From NCBI GenBank assembly GCA_038227875.1, contig JBBRPR010000023.1, forward strand, positions 59,955 through 123,954: DNA of 64,000 nucleotides. Direction: 5' to 3'. This document shows positions 28,166 through 37,439 of the stretch, one piece after another. This DNA comes from Planctomycetota bacterium. Lineage in GTDB: Bacteria; Planctomycetota; SZUA-567; H5-PLA8. The translations under genes were made by a program, and so were the position numbers. How positions within the stretch are numbered: position 1 is the first letter of the stretch; each line of letters opens with the position of its first letter. The notes below the pieces were generated by a model, which had not been told where the DNA came from, made no database searches, and saw only the letters and a program-made list of their open reading frames with translations.

Positions 28166-28191
28166 GTCACAAATTGTACAGTGCTTGTCAC
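28165..28191. promoter_or_regulatory. Candidate AraC operator: TGTCAC direct repeat at 21-bp period
   Basis: TGTCAC at 28165-28170 and 28186-28191, overlapping the araC start, in the divergent promoter region. Confidence 0.5.
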
Positions 28192-28314
28192 TTTATTCCC
28201 ACTTTCGAATTCGTCGATTTTCGGGCTAAATGACTCCCATGCGATGTATCTGAAAGGGCCGCGCGGCAGACGCGCAAAACCTCTCAATCATTTTCCCCAA
28301 AAAAAGGAGCGCTC

Positions 28315-29115
28315 ATGAAAATCTCGTGTCAGGAAGGACTGGTGAACGGCAGCACGTTCGCCGAGAAACTCAGCAACCTGGAAAAGTACGGTTTCGAAGG
28401 CATCGAGCTGGCGGGACATGAACTCCACGATCCGGCGAAAGTCGAAGAGCGCATCACCGCGCTGAAGAATTCGCCGATCAAAGCCAGTTCCATCTGCGGC
28501 GGTTTCCAGTGTGAGTTCGTCCATCCCGACCCGGCCAAGCGCCGCGCGTGCATCGAGATCATCAAGCGCTTTCTGGATTTCAGCGGCCAGGTCGGCGCGA
28601 CGGGTCCGATCACGGTGCCGATCTTCAATCACAATCAGCGCGTGCCCGATCTCTCGCCGTACAAAACGCAGCACCAGCTTGAAATCGAGTTGCTCACGGA
28701 AGTCGCCAAGGACCTCGCCGCTCATGCACTGAAGGCCAAGGCCACGCTGCTGCTCGAACCGCTCAACCGCTACGAATCCAATTCGCTCGCCGACATCGGC
28801 GAAGGCGCCGCCGTCTGCCGCAAGGTCGGACCGGGCTGCAAAGTCATGGCCGATTTCTTCCACATGCATATCGAAGAACCCAGCACGCCCAAGTCGATCC
28901 TGGCCGTCGGCGATCTGATCGGCCACGTCCACCTCGCCGACAACACGCGCAAGGAACCGGGCTCCGGCGACATCGATTTCAAGGCCGGCTTCGCCGCGCT
29001 GAAGAAGATCAAGTTCAGCGGCTACATGGCGCTGGAATGCGGACTGACCGACAAGCCGGAAATCGCGCTGCCGCGCTGCGCGAAGTTTTTGAAGCAGTGC
29101 ATCGCTGAAGCGTAA
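28315..29115 (+). CDS. Sugar phosphate isomerase/epimerase (xylose-isomerase-like TIM barrel)
   Basis: 'LEPLNRYE', 'DFFHMHIEE', 'HVHLADNTRKEPGSG', 'ALEC'; AGGAG RBS. Confidence 0.88.
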   Translation: MKISCQEGLVNGSTFAEKLSNLEKYGFEGIELAGHELHDPAKVEERITALKNSPIKASSICGGFQCEFVHPDPAKRRACIEIIKRFLDFSGQVGATGPITVPIFNHNQRVPDLSPYKTQHQLEIELLTEVAKDLAAHALKAKATLLLEPLNRYESNSLADIGEGAAVCRKVGPGCKVMADFFHMHIEEPSTPKSILAVGDLIGHVHLADNTRKEPGSGDIDFKAGFAALKKIKFSGYMALECGLTDKPEIALPRCAKFLKQCIAEA

Positions 29116-29193
29116 GGACAGGACTGAGGATCGCGTCGCGGCAGTTTTGAGAATACTTCACATCTTTTTTGGACACTTTGGAGAACGATTTAC

Positions 29194-30177
29194 ATGGCTA
29201 CATCTGAACCGGTCAAAGTAGGCTTCATCGGCGTGGGCGGCATCGCCGGCGTCCACTTGAAATACCTCTCGAACGCCAGCGATGCGAAAATTGCGGCGGT
29301 GTGCGATGTCAACGCGGCGCAGGCCGACAAGATCGCAACGCAGTACTCCGCGAAGGCGTACAGCTCGGCGGAGAAGATGCTCGATAGCGAGAAACTCGAC
29401 GCCGTCTACGTCTGCGTCCCGCCCTTCGCACACACCAATCAGGAATTGCTCGTCTGCGAACGGAAGCTGGCGCTCTTCGTCGAAAAGCCGATCGCAACAA
29501 CTCTGGAGAAGGGACAGGAAATCACGAACGCGGTGGCCAAGGCCAAGAACGTCACAGCGGTCGGCTACAACTGGCGCTCGGCGGAAATCACCAAACGCGC
29601 GAAGGAACTGATCGCCGGCAAGCCCGTCTCGGCGGCCTACGGTTACTGGGTCGGCAACATGCCCGGCGTGATGTGGTGGCGGCAGCAGGCGACGTCCGGC
29701 GGGCAACTCAACGAACAGGCCACGCACGTCGTCGACATCGCCCGGCACTTGATCGGCGGAAAAGTCGTCAGCGTTTTCGCGCAGGGCGCCAAGGGTATTT
29801 ACAACAAGAAACACGAGAAGCATGACATCCACGAAAATGTGATCGCGCTGCTCACCTTCGACAGCGGCGCGGTGGTTTCCGTCGCCACCGGACACACCTG
29901 CGCGCAGGGATTCCGCGTGGGCATCGATTTTATTCTCGAAGACCTGACTGTCACGCACAACAACAACGAACTTCGCGTGAAGCACCCCAAGGGCGAAGAG
30001 ATCATCCGCAACGGCAACGACCAGTACGGCGAAGAAGACCGCGCGTTCCTCGAAGCCGTGAAGTCTGGCGACCCGTCAAAGGTCTACTGCACCTACGCCG
30101 ACGCCTTCGAAACCCACCGCATCTGCATGGCCGCCAACGCGAGCATGGAGACCGGCCGGGTGGTGAAGCTGGACTGA
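29194..30177 (+). CDS. Gfo/Idh/MocA oxidoreductase
   Basis: 'GFIGVGGIA', 'FVEKP', 'VGYNWR', 'SGGQLNEQATHVVD'. Confidence 0.9.
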   Translation: MATSEPVKVGFIGVGGIAGVHLKYLSNASDAKIAAVCDVNAAQADKIATQYSAKAYSSAEKMLDSEKLDAVYVCVPPFAHTNQELLVCERKLALFVEKPIATTLEKGQEITNAVAKAKNVTAVGYNWRSAEITKRAKELIAGKPVSAAYGYWVGNMPGVMWWRQQATSGGQLNEQATHVVDIARHLIGGKVVSVFAQGAKGIYNKKHEKHDIHENVIALLTFDSGAVVSVATGHTCAQGFRVGIDFILEDLTVTHNNNELRVKHPKGEEIIRNGNDQYGEEDRAFLEAVKSGDPSKVYCTYADAFETHRICMAANASMETGRVVKLD

Positions 30178-30179
30178 AG

Positions 30180-30239
30180 GAATGTCGAGTTGTGAATGTC
30201 GAATGTCGAAAGAACTCCCCGCTCAGGCAGGGAGTTTTT
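30180..30239 (+). terminator. 7-mer GAATGTC tandem followed by an intrinsic terminator
   Basis: GAATGTC GAGTTGT GAATGTC GAATGTC (30180-30207), then AACTCCC...GGGAGTT and a T-run. Confidence 0.6.
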
Positions 30240-30260
30240 GTTCCTTAGTCCTTTCCGTTG

Positions 30261-31052
30261 TCACTCCTTCGTAAACTTCAACGGATTGCGGCCGACCCAT
30301 GGGTACTGCTCCAGATCCACGCACGAACCGTTGATGCGCGTGCCTTCGGGCACCACGAACATCAGCGCGAAATGGGCGATCTCTTCGGGCTTCATGATCT
30401 CGCCGGACGGCGCGTAGATGGGATGAACTTTCGTCGGCCAGTCGGCGGCGAGACCTTCCTTCATCTTCAATTCGTACTCGTTTTTCGTCAGCACCCAGCC
30501 CAGGTTCAGCAGGTTGACGCGGATGCCTTCGTGGCCGTGCGCGTCGGCGAGATTGCGGGTCATCGTCACCAGTCCGGCCTTGCTGATCGAATACGACAGT
30601 TGCGTCCGCTCGCCACAGTAGGCATTGCCGGAACCGATGTTGAGAATCGAACCGCCGCCGGCTTTGCGGAAATGCGGAAACGCGGCTTTGATCGTCCACA
30701 TCGGCGCGCGCAGGTTGATCGCGATCGTTCGGTCGAAGCCGTCCTCGGTCACGTTGTCGATGTTGTCGCGCGTTTTGATCGCGGCGTTGTTGACGAGGAT
30801 GTTGATGCCGCCGAGTTTCTCCACCGTCGCGGCGATGAGCGCTTCGCAGACGCCGGTCTGTTCGAGATTTCCCGCATAAGACGCGGCCGTGCCTCCCGCG
30901 CGACGAATGTTTTCGGCGACGGTGTCGGCTTCCTTCGGGTCCATGCCGTGGACCATCACGCGCGCGCCTTCGCGAGCGTAGACAGTCGCGATGGCTTCGC
31001 CGACGCCCGCGCTCGAACCGGTGACCAGCGCTACTTTGCCTTTTAATCGCAT
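30261..31052 (-). CDS. Short-chain dehydrogenase/reductase
   Basis: Start reassigned to 31052 (GGAG RBS). 'TGSSAGVG', 'NNAA', 'YSISK', 'IRVN'. Confidence 0.9.
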   Translation of the reverse strand: MRLKGKVALVTGSSAGVGEAIATVYAREGARVMVHGMDPKEADTVAENIRRAGGTAASYAGNLEQTGVCEALIAATVEKLGGINILVNNAAIKTRDNIDNVTEDGFDRTIAINLRAPMWTIKAAFPHFRKAGGGSILNIGSGNAYCGERTQLSYSISKAGLVTMTRNLADAHGHEGIRVNLLNLGWVLTKNEYELKMKEGLAADWPTKVHPIYAPSGEIMKPEEIAHFALMFVVPEGTRINGSCVDLEQYPWVGRNPLKFTKE

Positions 31053-31063
31053 CGGGAACTCCA

Positions 31064-32113
31064 TTAGTTTGGCTTGAGCACCGCTTTGACGATCTCGGCG
31101 CGGTGCATCGCGTCGAAGCAATTCTTCCAGTCGTCCAGCGGCGCGATGCGGTTGAGCACCAGGTCGAGATTGATCTGTCCGCTGGCCAGCATGCCCAGCA
31201 CGCGCTCCCAGATCGGATAATTGTGGCTGTAGCTGCCTTGCAGCGTCACGGCTTTCTGGACGAGTTGGTCGAGCGAAAAGTTGAGCGGTTGCGGTCCCCA
31301 GCCGACTTTCACGATCTGTCCGCCGGGCCGCACGATATCCAGCGCGGTTTTCAGCACCGCGCTGACGCCCGCCGCGTCGATCACCGCGTCGACGCCATAG
31401 CCATCGCCCAGCCCCTTGATGGTTGCGGCGAGCTCCTCGCCTTGCGTGTCGAGCGTCAAGGTCGCGCCGAGTTGCTTGGCGACGGCCAGCCGCTTCGCGT
31501 CGGACGGCACGCCGATGACGATCAGCGGATTGGCGCCGCACAACTTCGCCATCTGCGCGCATAGCAGACCGATCGGACCTGGTCCGATCACGGCGACGCT
31601 GTCGCCGGGGCGGATGCGCAGATTCATACACGTCGCGTTGTAGGCGACGCAGCACGGTTCGGTCAGCGATGCTTTTTCAAATGAGAGACCGTCGGGAATG
31701 CGGTGCAGGCAGCGTTCCGGAACGCGCACATACTTGGTCATCGCGCCGTTGACGCCGTAGCCGAAGCCCAGTCGATTCGGATCGAGATTGTACGCACCGG
31801 CGCGAACATACGGCGATTGCGGATCGACCACCGCCGCCGTTTCGCTGACGACGCGGTCGCCTTCTTTGTAGCCCTTCACGCGCGAACCGACTTTGGCGAT
31901 GTAGCCGCCGAATTCATGGCCGAGCACCACCGGGTAGTTCACCTTCCAGCTCTGCTTGCCCATGTACTGATGCAAGTCGCTGCCGCAGACGCCGACGGCC
32001 TGGACCTGCAAGAGGACTTCGTCGTCGCCGAATTCCGGGACGGGAACGTCGCGCAATTCCACCGAATGCGGCGCCGCCGCGAAATTCAGCAGGCCGGTCA
32101 TTTTCTCGCTCAT
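31064..32113 (-). CDS. Zn-dependent medium-chain (polyol) dehydrogenase
   Basis: 'CGSD', 'GHE', 'TEP', 'GPGPIG'; structural-Zn cysteines absent. Confidence 0.9.
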   Translation of the reverse strand: MSEKMTGLLNFAAAPHSVELRDVPVPEFGDDEVLLQVQAVGVCGSDLHQYMGKQSWKVNYPVVLGHEFGGYIAKVGSRVKGYKEGDRVVSETAAVVDPQSPYVRAGAYNLDPNRLGFGYGVNGAMTKYVRVPERCLHRIPDGLSFEKASLTEPCCVAYNATCMNLRIRPGDSVAVIGPGPIGLLCAQMAKLCGANPLIVIGVPSDAKRLAVAKQLGATLTLDTQGEELAATIKGLGDGYGVDAVIDAAGVSAVLKTALDIVRPGGQIVKVGWGPQPLNFSLDQLVQKAVTLQGSYSHNYPIWERVLGMLASGQINLDLVLNRIAPLDDWKNCFDAMHRAEIVKAVLKPN

Positions 32114-32169
32114 GGCACTCTCCTCGAAAGCTTACGGAACGATTCAATCGGTCGTGTAGTAGTTTTTAA

Positions 32170-32189
32170 TTCTGGCAAATTTGCCAGAA
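32170..32189. promoter_or_regulatory. Perfect 20-bp palindrome inside the operon
   Basis: TTCTGGCAAA|TTTGCCAGAA just past the HUMPS stop. Confidence 0.4.
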
Positions 32190-32193
32190 GCTG

Positions 32194-32895
32194 TCAGTTC
32201 GGTCCGACGTTGCCGTACGCGTGAACTTTCTCGCAGACCATCCGCAGTTTGCTTTCCAGATCGCCCGCCGCGGTCTTGAACGCATCGGCATCGATGGTCA
32301 GCGGCGCCCCCAGCACCACCAGCGGTGCGCCGTATTCCGGCGTGCTGATCGCCTGCTCGACGGACAATCCGCCCACCGCCTGGACCGGCACTTTCACCGC
32401 GCGCACGATCTCGCTCAACTGATCGAGCGGACTGGGGCAGCGTCCGCCGGACGCGACGATGCCGCGGCGTTCGTCGTAGCCAATGTGATGGATGACGTAA
32501 TCGCAGCCGAGGTCCTCCAGCCGCTTGGCCGCCGCGACCATGTCGCTGGCGCCGAGGTTATCGCCCATCACCTTGATGCCGAAATCCTTTCCGGCGCGGA
32601 CGACGATCTTGATCGTCTCCGGATGCGCGCGCTCCATCACGACCACATGCGTTGCACCGGCCTTGGCCATCAGCTCGGCCTCCAGCCAGCCGCCGTCCAT
32701 CGTTTTCAAATCGGCGACGATGGGCACTTTGGGAAATTCCTTGCGCAGCGCACGCACACCATTCATGCCCTCCGCAATGATCAGCGGCGTCCCGGCCTCC
32801 AGCCAATCGACGCCCGCCTTCAACGCCATACGCGCCGTCGCGACCGCTTCGGGAATTTCAGTGATGTCGAGGGATATCTGCACGACTGTTTTCAT
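32194..32895 (-). CDS. OMP-decarboxylase/HUMPS family (3-hexulose-6-P synthase / 3-keto-L-gulonate-6-P decarboxylase-like)
   Basis: 'QISLD', 'LEAGTPLI', 'ADLKTMDGG', 'AVGGL'. Confidence 0.85.
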   Translation of the reverse strand: MKTVVQISLDITEIPEAVATARMALKAGVDWLEAGTPLIIAEGMNGVRALRKEFPKVPIVADLKTMDGGWLEAELMAKAGATHVVVMERAHPETIKIVVRAGKDFGIKVMGDNLGASDMVAAAKRLEDLGCDYVIHHIGYDERRGIVASGGRCPSPLDQLSEIVRAVKVPVQAVGGLSVEQAISTPEYGAPLVVLGAPLTIDADAFKTAAGDLESKLRMVCEKVHAYGNVGPN

Positions 32896-32925
32896 GGATG
32901 TCCTCAGTAGTCCGTGTTAACGCGA

Positions 32926-33825
32926 TTAGATCAAACCGTGCGCGGCCATTTTCGCGCGCAGAAATTCCGCCGACAGTCGCAAATGCTCCATGCCCACCGC
33001 TGCGTCTTCGCCGTCTTCAATGCTGACCCAGCCGTGGAAGCCCACGGACTTCAGCGTCGCGAAGATCGCGTCGAAGTCGTTCATGCCGCGGCCGATCACG
33101 CCGTGTTTCAGGATCGGCGCGTAGCCCAATTGCGGATCGGCTTCGAGCTTGCGCAGGTCGGCGGCGGTGCCGCCTTCGAAATACCGGTCGCTGGCGTGCA
33201 TCGTCACCACGCGCTTCTTCACGGCTTGCAACACCGCGAGCGGGTCGTCGCCGGCGATGATTGCGTTCGACGGATCGTAGTTCACGCCGAAGTTCGGCGA
33301 TTCGGGAATGGCGTTGAGCAGTTCCAGGAAAACGTCGAGCTTCTGGGCGAACTCGGGGAACTTCCAGAAGCCGTCCTTGTAATGGTTCTCAAGAATGAGC
33401 GTGATGCCGTGCTGCTGCGCGAAGGGGATCAGCGCGATGATCGATTCGGCCGCCATTTTCACGCCGTCGGCGCGGCTGACGTCCGTTCGGCGCTGGCCGC
33501 TGAGGACGCGGCAGAATTTCCCGCCGAGCTGCGCGGTGACGTCGATCACCTTCTTCTGCTTCTCGATTTCAACACGCCGTTCAGCGGCGTCGGGTTTGAT
33601 GAAGTCCGGCGAGTAGCACATCATCGGCATCGCCAGATCGTGCTGTTTCAGCAGCGCCCGCACGCGCGCGATGCCTGCGGCATCCTGCGGCGTGAAGCCC
33701 CAGTAAAATTCCAACCCGTCGACGTCGAGCGTTTTGGCCGCGCTGGCGATCCAGTCGTCGACACTCATCGACTTCTTCGTACACAGCGCATCAAGGTAGC
33801 ATTTGGGAAAAGCGGCCAGCGGCAT
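32926..33825 (-). CDS. Sugar phosphate isomerase/epimerase (TIM barrel, IolH/IolE-like)
   Basis: 'LENH', 'NYDPSN', 'MHASD', 'SIED'. Confidence 0.8.
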   Translation of the reverse strand: MPLAAFPKCYLDALCTKKSMSVDDWIASAAKTLDVDGLEFYWGFTPQDAAGIARVRALLKQHDLAMPMMCYSPDFIKPDAAERRVEIEKQKKVIDVTAQLGGKFCRVLSGQRRTDVSRADGVKMAAESIIALIPFAQQHGITLILENHYKDGFWKFPEFAQKLDVFLELLNAIPESPNFGVNYDPSNAIIAGDDPLAVLQAVKKRVVTMHASDRYFEGGTAADLRKLEADPQLGYAPILKHGVIGRGMNDFDAIFATLKSVGFHGWVSIEDGEDAAVGMEHLRLSAEFLRAKMAAHGLI

Positions 33826-33936
33826 AGTGTCTCACCGGAGAGGGAATTCACCAGACCGGTAAACGCTACGCAATTTCACACTTTAATTCAAAACGAGATT
33901 CGGACTTGTCATGCAGCGGCCGTACACGGCGTGGTC

Positions 33937-35082
33937 TTACGCCGCATGCTCCGCCTGCGGCGGCGCTTCGGCGGTGTTCTCTTCGGTCGTGACCGCCGGC
34001 TGCATTGAGCTGATTTCCGCCGGCGTGCCGAGGACTTCGGCGAAGCGTTCGACCAGTTCCCGGCGGCATCGCTTCAAATGTTCCTTCAGCGCCTCGCCGC
34101 TCTCCTTCAACTGCTGATCGAGCTTCGCGGCGGCTTCGCGATGCTGTTCGCGCAGCTTTTCGATTTCCGCTTCCGTCTCGCCGTGCAGTTGCTTGATCGA
34201 CTTGCTGCAATCCACGCCCAGCGGCGTCAGCGCCGCAACGGCTGCTTCGCGGAAGTGTTCGAGATTGGATTCGGCCTCGGTCATCTTCTCACGAGCCTGA
34301 TCGCGTTCGTGCGTGATCGTGGTGTTGGTCTCCTCCAGCTGCGCCACCTGCATTTCCAGCTCCGAGACGCGGGCCTCCAGCGTGTGCTGCAGTTCTATGT
34401 CGCCGCACATCTTGGGATCGACGGTGACCGTCTGGCGCGTCTCCAGCTTCGTTTCCAGTTCCGCGGCCTTCGCGGCGAATTCTGCGGCGCGCGACTGCAT
34501 CTCGTTGTACTTCTCTTCCCAGGACTGCGTCGCGCCATTGGCCACGTCGCGCTCGGCGGTCACTTTCTTGACCTCTTCCTGCAGCGACGAGACGCGGGTT
34601 TTCAGTTCGCCCACTTCCATCTGCAGTTCCCAGCGCTGCGAGTCCTCCTGCGGCGCCTCCGGCGCGGTGCCCTGCGATTTGGCGAACGCCACCTGCTCCA
34701 TCAGGCTGCCCATCGTCCGGTCCTGCTGCTTGCGCTGCTCGATCAGTTCGTCGCGCTCTTTCATCAGCGCCACGATCTGGTTCTGCATTTCGTTCAGCTC
34801 GCCGACGGACTGCTGAGCCTGCGAGACGCTGGCGCTTGAGGATGCTTTGCCGACGATGCGCGGGTTGATTTTCTGATTGCAGCCCGGGCAATCGCGCACG
34901 TTTTCGTCGATGAGAATTTCAGTCCAGCAGTTGGTGCAGCAGGTGTACCCGGCAGCGGGCGCGTGAGGAGCTTCAGGAAACGTGAAGAGGTTCTGGCATT
35001 CAGTGCACTTGAACTTCTTATTGGGCGTGGAGCCCTTGTAACGTTTCCCGCAACTGGCGCAGGTGACAATCAGTTCGCTCAT
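33937..35082 (-). CDS. Zinc-ribbon (4x CxxC) + long coiled-coil hypothetical protein
   Basis: CASC, CTEC, CTNC, CPGC, then roughly 250 aa of E/Q/K heptads. Confidence 0.75.
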   Translation of the reverse strand: MSELIVTCASCGKRYKGSTPNKKFKCTECQNLFTFPEAPHAPAAGYTCCTNCWTEILIDENVRDCPGCNQKINPRIVGKASSSASVSQAQQSVGELNEMQNQIVALMKERDELIEQRKQQDRTMGSLMEQVAFAKSQGTAPEAPQEDSQRWELQMEVGELKTRVSSLQEEVKKVTAERDVANGATQSWEEKYNEMQSRAAEFAAKAAELETKLETRQTVTVDPKMCGDIELQHTLEARVSELEMQVAQLEETNTTITHERDQAREKMTEAESNLEHFREAAVAALTPLGVDCSKSIKQLHGETEAEIEKLREQHREAAAKLDQQLKESGEALKEHLKRCRRELVERFAEVLGTPAEISSMQPAVTTEENTAEAPPQAEHAA

Positions 35083-35368
35083 ACCCGATGCCCCCACAGC
35101 TCGGCGGCCCGCGATAGCCGCAATAAAGGTACCCACACCATACACCCGACCTCAAGTGCACCGCAATTTGAGAAATGAAAATTCACCTGTTTTTAACCCG
35201 AATTCAGCCTACGTGTGCAGCGCGGCAAGGCCGCGAGGGTCCGTGCTTACACCCACCCCTGGCCCCTGAGCTCTCGCGCGTCAGGGCGCTTCGCTGAATG
35301 GACTTGCGAAAAGTTGGCGGTCAGATGATGCTGACCCGACAACCTTTCTTATGGAGAATCGACCCGCC

Positions 35369-35932
35369 ATGCGTCACCTTGCTCTTCTTGTTTTGTCGTT
35401 ACTCGCGATTCAAACCCTTGTTTCCGCGGAGGAAAAGATGGCCAGTTCCGTGCTCGATATCACTGCCGAAAGCATCGACGGCAAGCCCTACCCGCTCAGC
35501 CAGCACAAGGGCGAAGTGCTGCTGATCGTCAACGTCGCGTCGAAGTGCGGCTACACCCCGCAGTACACCGGCCTGGAAGCGCTATACAAGACCTACCACG
35601 AGAAGGGCCTCACGGTCATCGGTGTCCCCGCCAACGAATTCGGCGCGCAGGAACCGGGCACCAATGAAGAGATCAAGCAGTTCTGCTCCTCCAAGTACAA
35701 CGTCACCTTCCCGATGCTGGCCAAGGAAGTGGTGAAGGGCACGAAAAAGTCGCCCCTTTACAAGTACCTCACGGAAGTCAGCCCGGTGAAGAGCGAGATC
35801 TCCTGGAACTTCAACAAGTTCCTCGTCGACCGCAACGGCGTCGTGCTGAAGTATTACGACTCCAAGGTGAAGCCCGACGATCCGGAACTCAAGGCCGAGA
35901 TTGAAAAGGCGCTCGCGGAGAAGGCGAAGTAG
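35369..35932 (+). CDS. gpx: Glutathione peroxidase family (Cys-type), with signal peptide
   Basis: 'NVASKCGYTPQY' (TGC codon), 'PANEFGAQEPG', 'WNFNKFLVD'; GGAG RBS before ATG 35369 (alternative 35351). Confidence 0.92.
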   Translation: MRHLALLVLSLLAIQTLVSAEEKMASSVLDITAESIDGKPYPLSQHKGEVLLIVNVASKCGYTPQYTGLEALYKTYHEKGLTVIGVPANEFGAQEPGTNEEIKQFCSSKYNVTFPMLAKEVVKGTKKSPLYKYLTEVSPVKSEISWNFNKFLVDRNGVVLKYYDSKVKPDDPELKAEIEKALAEKAK

Positions 35933-35947
35933 TTCGCGTACGAAAAA

Positions 35948-36023
35948 CGGGATTCGGGAATCGGGAATCGGGATTCGCCAAAGCGGATCGCGACGATTGC
36001 CGAATCCCGATTCCCCAATCCCG
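35948..36023. repeat. 7-mer (CGGGA(A/T)T) inverted-repeat hairpin
   Basis: Four tandem units at 35948-35975; 35955-35981 matches the reverse complement of 35997-36023 at 24/27. Confidence 0.85.
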
Positions 36024-36046
36024 CAGTTACCACGGAGATCTACACC

Positions 36047-37360
36047 ATGAACGAACTCGGCACCTCTGCGGAGGAAGCGCTGGCCTACGTGAAATCGGTG
36101 CCCAAGGCAGCCGGCGCCACGATGCTGGGCGTGCCGTTTGAAAAGCTCGCCACCGTGCGCGTCGGATTCATCGGCGTCGGCGGACGCGGCGCCGGGCACG
36201 TGCGGCAAATCGCCAGCGTCGACGGCACCCAGGTCGTCGCGCTATACGACGCAGTCCCTGCGGCGTGCGACAAAAATGTCGCCGCCGTCGTTGAGAAGGG
36301 CCGGCCGGCGCCGGCCATCGAAAGCGATTGGCGCAAGCTCTGCGAACGCAAGGACCTTGATCTCGTCTACATCTCCACACGCTGGAACGATCACGTTCCG
36401 CAGGCCGCTTACGCGATGGAATGCGGCAAGCACGCTGCCGTTGAAGTTCCCGCCGCCACCACGCTCGCAGATTGCTGGAAGCTCGTCGACACCTCCGAAC
36501 GCACACGCAAGCATTGCGTGATGATGGAGAATTGCTGCTACGGACAGTGGGAATTGCTGGCGCTGAACCTCGCCCGCAAGGGCATGCTCGGCACGCTCAC
36601 CCACGCCGAAGCCGCCTATATCCACGACCTGCGCGAAATCCTGACCAACGAACATGGCGAAGGCCTCTGGCGACGCGACCCGCACATCAAGGCCAACGGC
36701 AATTTCTATCCGACGCACGGCCTCGGCCCCGTGGCGTGGTACTTCAACATTCATCGCGGCGACCGGTTCACTCGGCTGGTTTCCATGAGCAGCCAGGAGG
36801 CCGCGCTCTCCGAATACCGCGACAGAAAATTTGAGAGCGGTAATGCCAAGCGTGCGGAAAAATACGCCTGTGGTGATATCAACTCCTCGCTGATGCAGAC
36901 GGCTGCGGGCCGCACCATTCTGCTCCAGCACGACGTCGTTTCGCCGCGCCCGTACAGCCGCCTCAACCTGGTCACCGGTACGAAGGGCGCGTTCACAGGC
37001 TTCCCCTCGCGCGTCTTCTTCGACGGCGACGGCCACGACTGGAAGACGATCGAAGGCACCGAGCCGGCCAGCGTGGAATTCCAGACGAAGCACAACCACC
37101 CGCTCTGGACGAAATTCGGAGAGCTGGCGTTGAGCCAGGGCGGACACGGCGGCATGGACTTCCTGATGAACTATCGCCTGATGGATTTGATGCATCGCGG
37201 TCTGCCGCCGGACATGGACGCCTACGACGCCGCCGCGTGGAGCGCTCCGGGACCGCTTTCCGAAATCTCCGTCCGCTGGGGCAACCTGCCGCTCCCGTTC
37301 CCGGACTTCACGCGCGGCCAGTGGGAGAAGAACAACGCGCCGAAGGCAGGCGAGGCGTAA
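36047..37360 (+). CDS. GH109-like NAD-dependent glycosidase (alpha-N-acetylgalactosaminidase family)
   Basis: 'GVGGRG', 'VEVPAA', 'MMENCCY', 'YPTHGLGP', 'PRPYSR', 'GGHGGMDF'. Confidence 0.85.
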   Translation: MNELGTSAEEALAYVKSVPKAAGATMLGVPFEKLATVRVGFIGVGGRGAGHVRQIASVDGTQVVALYDAVPAACDKNVAAVVEKGRPAPAIESDWRKLCERKDLDLVYISTRWNDHVPQAAYAMECGKHAAVEVPAATTLADCWKLVDTSERTRKHCVMMENCCYGQWELLALNLARKGMLGTLTHAEAAYIHDLREILTNEHGEGLWRRDPHIKANGNFYPTHGLGPVAWYFNIHRGDRFTRLVSMSSQEAALSEYRDRKFESGNAKRAEKYACGDINSSLMQTAAGRTILLQHDVVSPRPYSRLNLVTGTKGAFTGFPSRVFFDGDGHDWKTIEGTEPASVEFQTKHNHPLWTKFGELALSQGGHGGMDFLMNYRLMDLMHRGLPPDMDAYDAAAWSAPGPLSEISVRWGNLPLPFPDFTRGQWEKNNAPKAGEA

Positions 37361-37385
37361 CAGATTGAGCTGAGGGCTGGGGGCT

Positions 37386-37412
37386 AACTCCCCGCGACGC
37401 GTGGAGTTTTTC
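37386..37412 (+). terminator. Putative intrinsic terminator
   Basis: AACTCC-CCGCG..CGCGT-GGAGTT plus T-run between convergent genes. Confidence 0.5.
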
Positions 37413-37439
37413 TTTACGATGACAGAGAGATAAGAGTTG

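Noticed and set aside
31053..31655. N-terminal extension of the SDR ORF (similar extensions on ORFs 6373, 12210-13592, 17500, 55971)
   Set aside because: Overlap neighbouring genes; internal starts with RBS, signal peptide or family N-terminus fit better.
32194..32895. Methylotrophy (RuMP formaldehyde fixation) inferred from the HUMPS-like gene
   Set aside because: No 6-phospho-3-hexuloisomerase nearby; the context is sugar oxidoreductases.
35543..35551. Possible selenocysteine in the glutathione peroxidase
   Set aside because: The active-site codon is TGC (Cys); no in-frame TGA.
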